Assembly (NCBI GenBank): GCA_002269645.1
Contig: NIVC01001097.1
Span: 62,001 to 126,000, forward strand
Direction of reading: 5' to 3'
DNA from: Macrostomum lignano
Taxonomy: Eukaryota
DNA: 64,000 nucleotides
Every line of letters begins with the position of its first letter. The stretch's first letter is position 1. Shown piece after piece: positions 43,901-55,900 of this stretch. Position numbers and translations under genes: made by a program. A model generated the notes under the pieces. It was given only the letters and a program-made list of their open reading frames with translations. It did not search any database and was not told the origin of the DNA.

Positions 43901-46900
43901 AAGAAAACTTGAAAAATTCGAAATACGCGTAACATACTACTTTCGGTAAGCGAACGAGTACTATATAACGAAATTTGCGTTTACGGGAACCAAAATTCGC
44001 AAAACAAGCAATGTTACAACGAGAATAACTATAGCAACAGAAGAAAAAAAAACGCAAATGGGAACACAACGTAATTCACTATGCAAAACATGACGCGACA
44101 ATGAAACGCAAGCAAGAACACAAATACAATTCTATGACACGGCAAAACGCAATCAAATACATAAGCAAAGCTACTATTCAATACGCGACACGACAAAACA
44201 CAAGCAAATCAATAAATAAATCGAAACAAATCGCGACGGAACGCAACGTTTACGCAAACTATGGCACGACTTTCTACAATCGAAAACTTAAAGCAAAACG
44301 CATGCTACCCATCACCAAGAACAAATAACGCGTTGACGCATTTTACACAAGTTAATTAAATTACTCCTTCACGACGTGCTAAGATGAACCTTATCGGCTG
44401 GCAAAATTTTATTACTCGCTGATTTAACTATCCGCACCTCCCCCCTCCTAAAAAGGTAGGGTGGGCGCTACGACCCTCACTGTCTCCACAGCGGAATTCT
44501 TATCGCAATTTTCCACGACGCTTATCTCTATCGGGTGCCTCGACGATAATTAACTCACGCCCACGCTCCCGTGGCGTTCCATCCACTCAGCGAAGTCTAT
44601 CGCCCATTGGCTGCAGTTTATGGTCTTGCCCAGGACCAATCCCCGTGGCGAAATTCACCGCCCAATGGCTGCAGTTTTCTGTCGTGCCCAGGACAAAGGG
44701 CTCCTTTCTTTCGAACTTCAGTCGTCTTGTGGTTGCAGTTTAACGTCATGCCCATGACGTCGCTTTTCTATCTTTCTCGGACTTCTTTCGTCTCGTGGTT
44801 GCAGTTTAACGTCGTGCCCAGGACGCCGGCTCTAGTGAACTTCCTTTCCAGCGGCTGCAGTTTAACGTCGTGCCCAGGACGCATCATTAGTTTGCTTCTC
44901 TCCTAGCGGTTGCAGTTTAACGTCGTGCCCAGGACGCTTCAGACATTTCTAGCTGCAACATGTGACATGTCGGTTAGCTGTAAGTTAGAATTATTTTTGC
45001 GTCAAGCAGTGTTCTGACTCAAGCAATTTGAATAATATTTTTGTGTTGTTTTATGAAGCTTTTACAATTTTTATGTTTTTTCGAATATTCACGCATGTCA
45101 GTTCTACTGCAAGACTGTTTTTAATAATTCTAATAATAATATTTATTCCTTAATAATTTTCCCATAATAATAATTCCGGATATACTGGCCGATGGAACCG
45201 CAGACGACTTCAATCTGGGCTCAATTCAATTCAATTTCTATTTGCAACTTCCAATCGTTTCATATCTTCTATGGTCGTCTATGGTATTTCCCTTTCGTTA
45301 GCGTCCTGGAATCTACCAGGTGTGGCAGCTCGAGCAGTTCGTCTTCAACTCCCTCAATTGCAGTGTCAACATCAGCACTTCCAAGTCTCCATTATTACCA
45401 ATTTCTAATTTCTATTGACTATTTTTTCTCCGGTTCCATTTTCGTTCAACAAATTCTCGCGTATGTCTCGACAAGTTACTATTAGTAATACAATTGAAAT
45501 TTTTCGTCTCGACAGTACTTTTCGTTTCCATAGACTCCATTCAATGATAACCATATCGCTCCGGGGGTCTAATTGCCGCGCGGTTCCGCAGCCGCGGGAT
45601 CCAGCTAACGTTATTCGTGCCTGCCCGCTGCGGGGGCGTACTGTGCACTGGACTCAGATGCATTAAATTCGGTGGAGTGCGCACAGGAATCTGCCTGGCC
45701 TGAGACCCCGCAGGACTCGCCTGCGTCTGCTGGTTTGCATTGGCCGCTGTCTGAGTATTTTCGACTGCTCTATTCATATTACTTTCAGTAGCTTCGTGAG
45801 CTCTCTCACGTTGCAAAAATCTAATTCTCTCTGGTCTCTGAATCTCCACTTGAACTCTTTCTGACTCCTCCGAGCCGTCATCACTAGCACTTCCAGCTTC
45901 CTCTTCTCGATATTGACGCAACTTTTCTTCTGACAAGTAGCAGGGCTTTGTTCTGTCTACTGTCACTACGTCATGAATTCTGACGGGCTGCTCTACTCGG
46001 TCAACCTTCGGACCGGGCTCGATTTTTAAATTTTTTCCATTATTTCTTACTTCTAGCACTCGATACGGGCCTACCCACTTCCTATTCGTATCATAACAAT
46101 TCTGCGTATTCGCTATCCAGACCAGGTCACCTGGCTGATAATACTGCTGGAATACTTTCGTGTCATAATTAGATTTCTGCCGCCTGACTGATATTTGCTG
46201 CTTTTCTCTGGCGATTCTATACGATTCCATGCACTTCTTATACAGATCATGTAAATGTTTATCACGGGTCTTGCGCTCCGGAGAAGGCAATCCAAGCTCA
46301 GCATCGACCGGTAGCCGCATCTTTCGACCATAGACTAATTCGAACGGACTAAATTTATTACTTTCACTGATTGTGCTTCGCTGAACCATCAAAGCGTGCG
46401 GAAGCACCTCATCCCATGCCAAACTGAGTTCACTCTGAGCTAATCTGATTCCATCTTTCACTACTCTGACCATGCGCTCGCAGCGACCGTTAGCTTGCGG
46501 ATGGTAGCTAGTAGTATGGCGCAAATCTATTCGGAAATTTTCGGTTAACGATTTCACTAATTCTGCAGTAAACGATGTACCTCTGTCTGATATGAACGCT
46601 TCAGGGGCACCATGCCGAGTGATCCACTCTGTGTACAGGGCCCAAGCTGTACTTTCAGCTGTACAATCTCTAAGCGCTTTTACCTCTAGCCAACCCGTAA
46701 AGTGATCAACCATCAGCAGGAGGTACTTGTTCCCCCGTGCTGTGGCGTTGAACGGACCGGCGAAATCTATATGTACTTTCTCGCCCATATAACTGCTGAC
46801 TTCTGGTTCTAAGGGCGCTCGTGGCTTCGGCCCGTATTTCTTCCTTGTCTGGCACTCAGTACAAGTCTTAATATATCTGTCTAAGTTCGTTGAATAGTTT

Positions 46901-49900
46901 GGCCACCAAAATCTCTGTCGAATCAAATCTTTTGTCTTCGAAATACCGCCGTGGGCCATCTGGTCATGATAAGCTCTAAACAACTGCTGCTCCAGGGCTT
47001 GGTTTTCCGGCAGTACAGTCTGCTCAAATTTTCGGCCTTCGGAATCTATCCAATTCCTGTAAATTATGTCATTTTTCACTAATAGCTGCTCATAATCGCT
47101 AAATAAAGACTTATAACTGCGGCTCATTCCAACCCATTCATTCTTGGGCGGACAGGGCTCTCCCTGTCTGAGCTTTTGCTTGAGCAGCAGCAACTCTGGC
47201 TGGCTCTCCTGCAGTTCTACAATTCCCGCTGGCGTATCGATATTAATTGCACCGCAGTGGACTGTTGCTGTCTTCGTCGCACTGCAAGTGGGGCATTCCT
47301 CATGGTAGCGTTTCGGGGGGACCATCCCGCTGAGGTCTGCGACTCAGGGCGTCGGCGTTACCATGGGCGATCCCTTGGCGGTATTGAATTGCAAAGTCAT
47401 ATTCCTCCATTCTCGAGATAACTTCAAATTGATCAAACTGCTCAAGGATCATGTTCCATCTGCCTAGCATGCCTTTTGCACCGTGGCACTTACGCAGCCA
47501 TTGGAGGGCCGCGTGGTCTGTCCTGACCTTGAAACGACGGCCGACCAGATAAGGCCGGTAATGTTCTAAGAAATATATCAGCGCAAACATTTCCTTCATC
47601 GTAGTGCAGTAATTCAACTGATGCTCATTTAACGGATGCGAAGCATAGGCTATTACTTTTTCTTCCCCATCTTGCTCTTGTAATAAATTTCCACCTATAG
47701 CTACGTCACAGGCGTCGACATCGAGGATGAACGGTCCCGCGTCGCTATCGAACCTGGGGTAGCTCAGCACAGGTGCGCTCACTAACTTCTGCTTTAAAAG
47801 ATCGAATGCCTTCTGGCAACTGTCATCCCACTTATACTTGACATCTTTTCTAGTTAAATTATTTAAGGGCTCACTTATTCGCGCAAAGTCTTTAATAAAT
47901 CTGCGATAGTAGCCGGCTAAGCCTAAGAATCCGCGCAGCTCAGAGATATTCTCTGGCCGGGGCCATGTCTGGACTTTTTCTATCTTATCTTTGCTGGTAT
48001 AGATACCGTGTTGACAGACGGTGTGCCCTAGGAAGGTGACTTCTTTCCGAAACAGAAAGGTCTTCTCTGGCTTGATTTTCATTCCAGCATCTGCTAATCG
48101 AGAGAAAATTAATTCCAAATTACTGAGCATTTCTTCGAAATTCTTGCCTGTGCAAATAACATCATCTAGGTAGAGTAAAGCGAACTTATAAGCGTAATCG
48201 CCTAAGATCTTCTGCATTATGCGCTGAAAGCAAGCGGGTCCATTCGTGACTCCGAAAGGCAAAACTTTCCACTGGAACAGGCCATCATGGGTTCGAAACG
48301 CTAATTTCTCGCGGTCAGTCTCTCTGACCTTCACTGACCAATAAGCGCCGACCATGTCTAGGGTGCTAAAGTACATGTTGCCTGCCAGGGATTCCAGCGA
48401 TTCTTGAATTAGCGGTAACGGAAAACTGTCCTTCTTAGTCTTATTATTTAACTGTCTGAAATCACAGCAAAATCTGAATTCTCCGGACTTCTTCCGGGCG
48501 AGAACAATAGGGCAACTCCACTCAGATTCTGAGGGCTCAATCAAATCGTGCTCTAACAGCTGCTGCACATGCCCACTAACAAATTCTCGTTGCTCAGGGC
48601 TTTGCTTGCGCAGAGGAATTCTAACTGGGATTTCATCGGTAGTCTCGATCTTGAATTCGCCCATCTGGGTCTTGCCGATGTCCCACTGATCCTTCGAAAC
48701 AATATTCTGGTAACGATGTAATAATTCAATTACTTTTGCCTTCTGAGCTTCACTTAAATCGGTCTCGTTTAAGCGGAATTGCTTCCTAATTCTTTCTGCT
48801 TCTTGCATCGTGACTGCTGCCTTCTGCTGCTTCCGCGCACCTACTTCTAAATCAGTTTCTGACATTGCGAAAAGTTCTACTTCTTCCTTCATCGGTTGAT
48901 ACTGCGCAACTACCTCATCCTTATGAATTGTCTGTGCCTCTTCAGTCAGGTTCATTAATCTAACGTAAGTTTCGCCGAATTCGTCTAATCTAGTAATAGC
49001 TTTAGCTACTAATGGTTCATCTTTCTCGCTAATTTGACTGCGGCCTGAAATGAAGCCGAGTTCTGCAGTTTCTGGAGTATCTTTACATTTAGCCTTGACG
49101 TAAATTTCGCTCATCGGTGCTATAGATACTTTCTTGACTACTTGCAGTAGGACACAGCGCGTTTCATCACTCGTTGTTACAAGCGGAATTCTGCGATCAC
49201 TAAATTCTAAGGATTTTCCTGCTATATCCAATTTAATTTTATGCCGAGTTAACAAATCGATGCCTATAATTGATGATGTTAGTAAGCCTTCAGCAACATA
49301 GAATGGGTGCGTAATCTCGCAGTCCCCAAATCTGACGCGCAATGCTACTTGGCCTAGTAAATTTGAAGTTTGGCCATTGGCGGATCGCATATTCACTGAG
49401 CATGGCTTCAGACTATGATTTGCCGGATAGAGGCGCTGATATAATTTCTTATCGATTAGGCAATTCGAGGCGCCGGTGTCAACTAATATTTTTTCGCTTA
49501 GTCCGTTAATCTGGCTATCGAGGAATAATCCTGAATTCACTAATTGGCTAGATATGTCTGCTTCTACGGTCTTCTCTCGCTTCTCTGTTGCTTTCTTTTC
49601 AGCTGCCACATCTCGCTGGATGGCTGTCTCTAACTTTCTTAATTCCTGCTTCATTTCCCTAAGTTCAGCTCTAAGTTCTGCTGTCGGGGCACTCTTGTCA
49701 GGTTCTTCTTTCGTTGATTCTTCTTGGACTTTTTCTACCAAGCATTGGCGCAAGTCCTTCAATTCGGTTCTTAGATCTGATAATTCTTTTACTACCTTAG
49801 ATTCGTCTGCTGAAGCTTTCTTTCCTTCTACTTCACTAAGTCGCAAGTCTATGCTGTTTAATGCACTTCTCTGAGCTGCCGCAGCTTCGCTTCGCTTCTC

Positions 49901-52900
49901 TAATTCTTCTGTCAATGCCTCTGACTGTCTAGCTAAGCTCGCTGACTTCTGTTTATCGATTTCTGCTAATCTGCGTTCCTCGCTTGAGCAAATTCTAACA
50001 TTGACTGCTCTCTGTTTCCTACTATGAGTAGTATCGTTAGTGCGAATAAATTTTACTGTCGCCCTCTGGCGCAGAAAATGCATAATTTCGTAATCAGTTG
50101 CTATATTAGTATTAGTCACATGAAAGAATATATCTCTATTATTGCTATCTCGCAGGAATCCGTAGCCTCTGTAATAATTATACCAAACTAAATTGCCATA
50201 TTCTACATTGACTGAGCTGTCTTGCTGGTCCTCTACTGCTGCAGCTCTTCTATTGGGAGTGAATCGGTTTAGTGGCTGGGGGCGGTTGGCCCTCCCTTGG
50301 TGCCGCCCCGTCGGTAGTTTAAAGAATTTCGTCTAACTGGGCAGTCTCTGGCCAGGTGAGTTTCTTCGCCGCACTCATAACAGGCCTTTCTCGCATTTGG
50401 CGCGTTCGCCCCCGAAGGTTTGAACCTGTCATTGGCCCCTCCGGCCTCGTGACCAAAGCGTGACGGGCGTGTCATGGCGGGCCTGACAAATGGCGAAGAC
50501 TGCCTATTATAGGGTCTCGAGTAACTGCTCATGTGATGCTGTGGCCGAAAGCTATTCTGAGGCTGCACTGGTGCCTGTGGCCTATAGCTTGGGTTCATTT
50601 GTCTATGGGCAAACCTGGGTTGCCATTGCCTGTAGTCGAACTGAGGCTGATAATTCTGGTACGGTTGGTACTGCGAAGGATAGTTGCTCGGGGAAGCAAA
50701 CTGAGGTCCAAATGACTGGTGGCCTTGCCCCGTGCTGGGTGCTGCTACAGGCGTCTCTTCCTTCCCTACTTGAGCCGTTAACGTATTTGAGCCCTCTTGC
50801 TTCCTTCTATTCTTTTGGCTACCTGGGTTTGCGAGTTCTTCGAGGATCTCCTCATTCTTAGCTGCAGTCAATAAATCTTGAGTCTGGTACTTCGATTCAT
50901 GCGTTCTACGATAGGCAATAACTGCGCGCCTGACTTTATAATTTGCTATGCCGGCTTCAAATCGTTCAGAAACTCGCTCTCGAGCCTGATTCTCTAGTCC
51001 TGCTTTCCTAACTAATTCAACTAGTGCGTCGTAAAATTCTTCTAACGATTCGTCTTCCTTCTGCCTGCGGTTCATCAGCTCTAGCTTCGCTTCTTCCTTC
51101 TGTCCTACGGGCTTAAATTTGTCCTTTAAAGTCTTTTCGATGCTTTCAAATGATTCGGTGCTCGCTAGGCCTAAGTTAATGTAAACCTTATAGGCGTCTT
51201 CGTCTAGGAGCGACAATAGCTGATACACTTTGGCCGATTCGTCTATACTGTTGCCTTGACAGTAGTTGTTGAAGATTCTTAGAAACAATTCGAAATCTGA
51301 GCCAAGTCGGTATGGCTTTGGCTTTGCTACGCTGTTATGCGACTTCAAAATCACTCTAGGTTCAGGATTTTCGGTTTCCATTCTTCTTATGCGATCCTGC
51401 AGTTCTCTCACTACTGTTCTCAAGTGTTCGGCCTCATCTATTTCGCCTTCGTTCCTAATCTCAACTGACTTCGATTCCTGACTATTTTCTCCGTCTTGCG
51501 CCATTGCTAAGTTTTAATCAATCGGAATTTCTATTACTGCAACTTCAGAAAGTACAACTTGTAAGGCTATAACAATTTCAATAACCTAGCTCTTTATTGT
51601 ATCTAATGAGCGGAATCGGTCGCCTCGCTCGCACTGGCAATAACTGATAAGAAAAACTGAATGTACACTGAGACAAATTCAACCGGTGTACTCTCTAGTG
51701 CGCGCACTCGCAGACTATGCTAATAAACACTAATAAAATTTTCAACTGTAAACAAAATCTACTTTCACACGCAAGTTTCTATTAAAGTGCTAATTTTAGT
51801 TTTAGAAGGTCAATTTTATTTTTCCCACTCCTAAATCCTATTCAGTATTTTGGGGTAACTGGCCAACCGCAAAACCACACCTAATGCGGAATTGCTGCAC
51901 ACTGCGTGGTTGACGAAATAGCCGCTACGAGCCTGGAACAGACTCGTTGAATTTTAGTCTAAGCTTGCTCACTTAGAGCGCCTACCAATAAACTGCCGCC
52001 TGCTAACTATTGGATTCCCAGGGGCTCCACTTGTGATAAACAGGCAATTAGATAATAGCATGCACGGTAAGCAATTATTTAGGCCCTAGACAAACCTACT
52101 TGGAGCGTTTGGAGATTTTAAAGCTATTAATCCTAATCGCCTATCGCCGGTCGGCGAGTCCTACCAGTCTTTCTCCAATAGCCGCAGGTACAGTACAAGA
52201 AAATAAAGAACACGAGGGAACACAAACCGAAAGATTTAGAGAGTGATAATCCTATATGATACAACTGATAATTGGCTAGACGATTTAATTTGATTACTCA
52301 AGTTACAGGATTCAAGCAATTCGCGACGCAGATAATTAGACTGATGATAACGGATAGTAACGATTAATAATAATGATTATATTACGCACTGACAAGCGGA
52401 TCTCAGCTTGAAGAAGAAGAAGAACCGAACACGACCACGGAGAAGACTCCTAACCCCTGGCCTAAGCCAGAACCTACACTCAAACGAGAGCCCTGCCGAA
52501 TCGACCGTTCAACGGAGCACCGACTAAATTCTATCGGCACTGCCCTTCAGTGTAACACTGAGGCCCTCGGGGTCGAGGCCGCGTACTTGATCAGATCCGA
52601 CAGTCTCTATCTAACCGCGCTTGATAGCGACGACTTCAGACAGAAATTTGCCGTAGACGTTACGCCACAAGACTACTGCGGTTGGGCGGGGACAAAGATA
52701 TGGACCGGGGGTGATGAATTCAGGCGCCTCAAAGCGCGAACCAACAAGAGGAGAAAAATCGGGCCACCGGCCGGAAACTGGACAAGACAAACCGGGGAAA
52801 GGGAGCAAGCAGGAAAAAAGGCGAGATCCGATTGCCAAAACACACTTTCATATATAGTCAGAGTCACAACCCCTCAAAACCCCCCTCAAGCCGGGTGGTG

Positions 52901-55900
52901 GTCGTCTGGCCGGCCGCTTGCTTAAGCCGAATTGCACTGTGCCCGCGGCGCCGGGTAGAACTGAAACTTGCCGCGTGCCAGGGTCCAGGCCGGTTCTGAT
53001 TGGCTGGCCGCGCAAAGCTGGGGTTCGCAGACAAACTCAACCCTCCGCTGAGTCACAAATGGCGTCTGACGTCTAACCTGTTTACGCAAAATTGATTCCA
53101 ACTAACAAGGAAAAAGTACACCAAAAACGTATGACTAAACTAAAGCAAAATAATAATTCAATAACAATATAGAAACTAATGCAGTCAATTTACAACAAAA
53201 TATACGCAAAGATGCTCACACTACAGTATCAACATCCGTGTTCTGTACCAACATCCGTGTTCTGTATCCACATCCGTGTTCTGTATCAACATCTGTGTTC
53301 TGTATCAAAATCCATGTTCTGTATCAACATCCGTGTTCTTTATCAACATCCATGTTCTGTATCAAAATCCGTGTTCTGTACCAACATCTGTGTTCTGTAT
53401 CAAAATCCATGTTCTGTATCAACATCCGTGTTCTTTATCAACATCCGTGTTCTGTATCAACATCCGTGTTCTTTATCAACATCCGTGTTCTGTATCAACA
53501 TCCGTGTTCTGTACCAACATCCGTATTCTGTATCCACATCCGTGTTCTTTATCAACATCTGTTCTTTATTAACATCCGTGTTCTTTATCAACATCCGTGT
53601 TCTGTATCAACATCCGTATTCTGTACCAACATCCGTATTCTGTATCAACATCCGTGTTCTGTACTAACATCTGTGTTCTGTATCAAAATCCATGTTCTGT
53701 ATCAACATCCGTGTTCTGTATCAACATCCGTGTTCTGTACCAACATCTGTGTTCTGTATCAAAATCCATGTTCTGTATCAACATCCGTGTTCTTTATCAA
53801 CATCCATGTTCTGTATCAACATCCGTGTTCTGTACCAACATCTGTGTTCTGTATCAAAATCCATGTTCTGTATCAACATCCGTGTTCTTTATCAACATCC
53901 GTGTTCTGTATCAACATCCGTGTTCTGTACCAACATCCGTATTCTGTATCCACATCCGTGTTCTTTATCAACATCTGTTCTTTATTAACATCCGTGTTCT
54001 TTATCAACATCCGTGTTCTGTACCAACATCCGTGTTCTGTATCCACATCCGTGTTCTGTATCAACATCTATGTTCTGTATTAACATCTGTGTTCTATATT
54101 AATGTCTGTGTTCTGTATCAAAATCCATGTTCTGTATCAACATCCGTGTTCTTTATCAACATCCATGTTCTGTATCAAAATCCGTGTTCTGTACCAACAT
54201 CTGTGTTCTGTATCAAAATCCATGTTCTGTATCAACATCCGTGTTCTTTATCAACATCCGTGTTCTGTATCAACATCCGTGTTCTGTACCAACATCCGTA
54301 TTCTGTATCCACATCCGTGTTCTTTATCAACATCTGTTCTTTATTAACATCCGTGTTCTTTATCAACATCCGTGTTCTGTATCAACATCCGTATTCTGTA
54401 CCAACATCCGTATTCTGTATCAACATCCGTGTTCTGTACTAACATCTGTGTTCTGTATCAAAATCCATGTTCTGTATCAACATCCGTGTTCTGTATCAAC
54501 ATCCGTGTTCTGTACCAACATCTGTGTTCTGTATCAAAATCCATGTTCTGTATCAACATCCGTGTTCTTTATCAACATCCATGTTCTGTATCAACATCCG
54601 TGTTCTTTATCAACATCCGTGTTCTGTATCAACATCCGTGTTCTGTACCAACATCCGTATTCTGTATCCACATCCGTGTTCTTTATCAACATCTGTTCTT
54701 TATTAACATCCGTGTTCTTTATCAACATCCGTGTTCTGTACCAACATCCGTGTTCTGTATCCACATCCGTGTTCTGTATCAACATCTATGTTCTGTATTA
54801 ACATCTGTGTTCTATATTAATGTCTGTGTTCTGTATCAAAATCCATGTTCTGTATCAACATCCGTGTTCTTTATCAACATCCGTGTTCTTTATCAACATC
54901 CGTGTTCTGTATCAACATCCATGTTCTGTATCAACATCCGTATTCTGTATCCACATCCGTGTTCTTTATCAACATCTGTTCTTTATTAACATCCGTGTTC
55001 TTTATCAACATCCGTGTTCTGTATCAACATCCGTATTCTGTATCAACATCCGTATTCTGTACCAACATCCGCATTCTGTACCAACATCCGTGTTCTGTAC
55101 CAACATCCGTGTTCTGTATCCACATCCGTGTTCTGTACCAACATCCGTGTTCTGTATCCACATCCGTGTTCTGTATCAACATCTATGTTCTGTATTAACA
55201 TCTGTGTTCTATATTAATGTCTGTGTTCTGTATCAAAATCCATGTTCTGTATCAACATCCGTGTTCTTTATCAACATCCATGTTCTGTATCAAAATCCGT
55301 GTTCTGTACCAACATCTGTGTTCTGTATCAAAATCCATGTTCTGTATCAACATCCGTGTTCTTTATCAACATCCGTGTTCTGTATCAACATCCGTGTTCT
55401 GTACCAACATCCGTATTCTGTATCCACATCCGTGTTCTTTATCAACATCTGTTCTTTATTAACATCCGTGTTCTTTATCAACATCCGTGTTCTGTATCAA
55501 CATCCGTATTCTGTACCAACATCCGTATTCTGTATCAACATCCGTGTTCTGTACTAACATCTGTGTTCTGTATCAAAATCCATGTTCTGTATCAACATCC
55601 GTGTTCTGTATCAACATCCGTGTTCTGTACCAACATCTGTGTTCTGTATCAAAATCCATGTTCTGTATCAACATCCGTGTTCTTTATCAACATCCATGTT
55701 CTGTATCAACATCCGTGTTCTTTATCAACATCCGTGTTCTGTATCAACATCCGTGTTCTGTACCAACATCCGTATTCTGTATCCACATCCGTGTTCTTTA
55801 TCAACATCTGTTCTTTATTAACATCCGTGTTCTTTATCAACATCCGTGTTCTGTACCAACATCCGTGTTCTGTATCCACATCCGTGTTCTGTATCAACAT

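Larger units (their letters stand above)
42679..53225 (-). mobile_element. Full-length Ty3/gypsy LTR retrotransposon, 10.5 kb, antisense in a PDZ-gene intron
   Basis: Two TG...CA LTRs, 4-bp TSD GTAT (42675-42678, 53226-53229), PBS, PPT, and gene order gag-PR-RT-RH-IN. Confidence 0.97.

Noticed and set aside
43881-45540. Possible env/ORF3 in the gypsy element
   Set aside because: No ORF longer than ~110 aa on either strand, and no signal peptide plus TM architecture.
49990-50200. Bacterial contamination or cspA gene as the source of the cold-shock motif
   Set aside because: The motif is embedded in frame within gypsy Pol, between matched LTRs, inside a spliced host gene.
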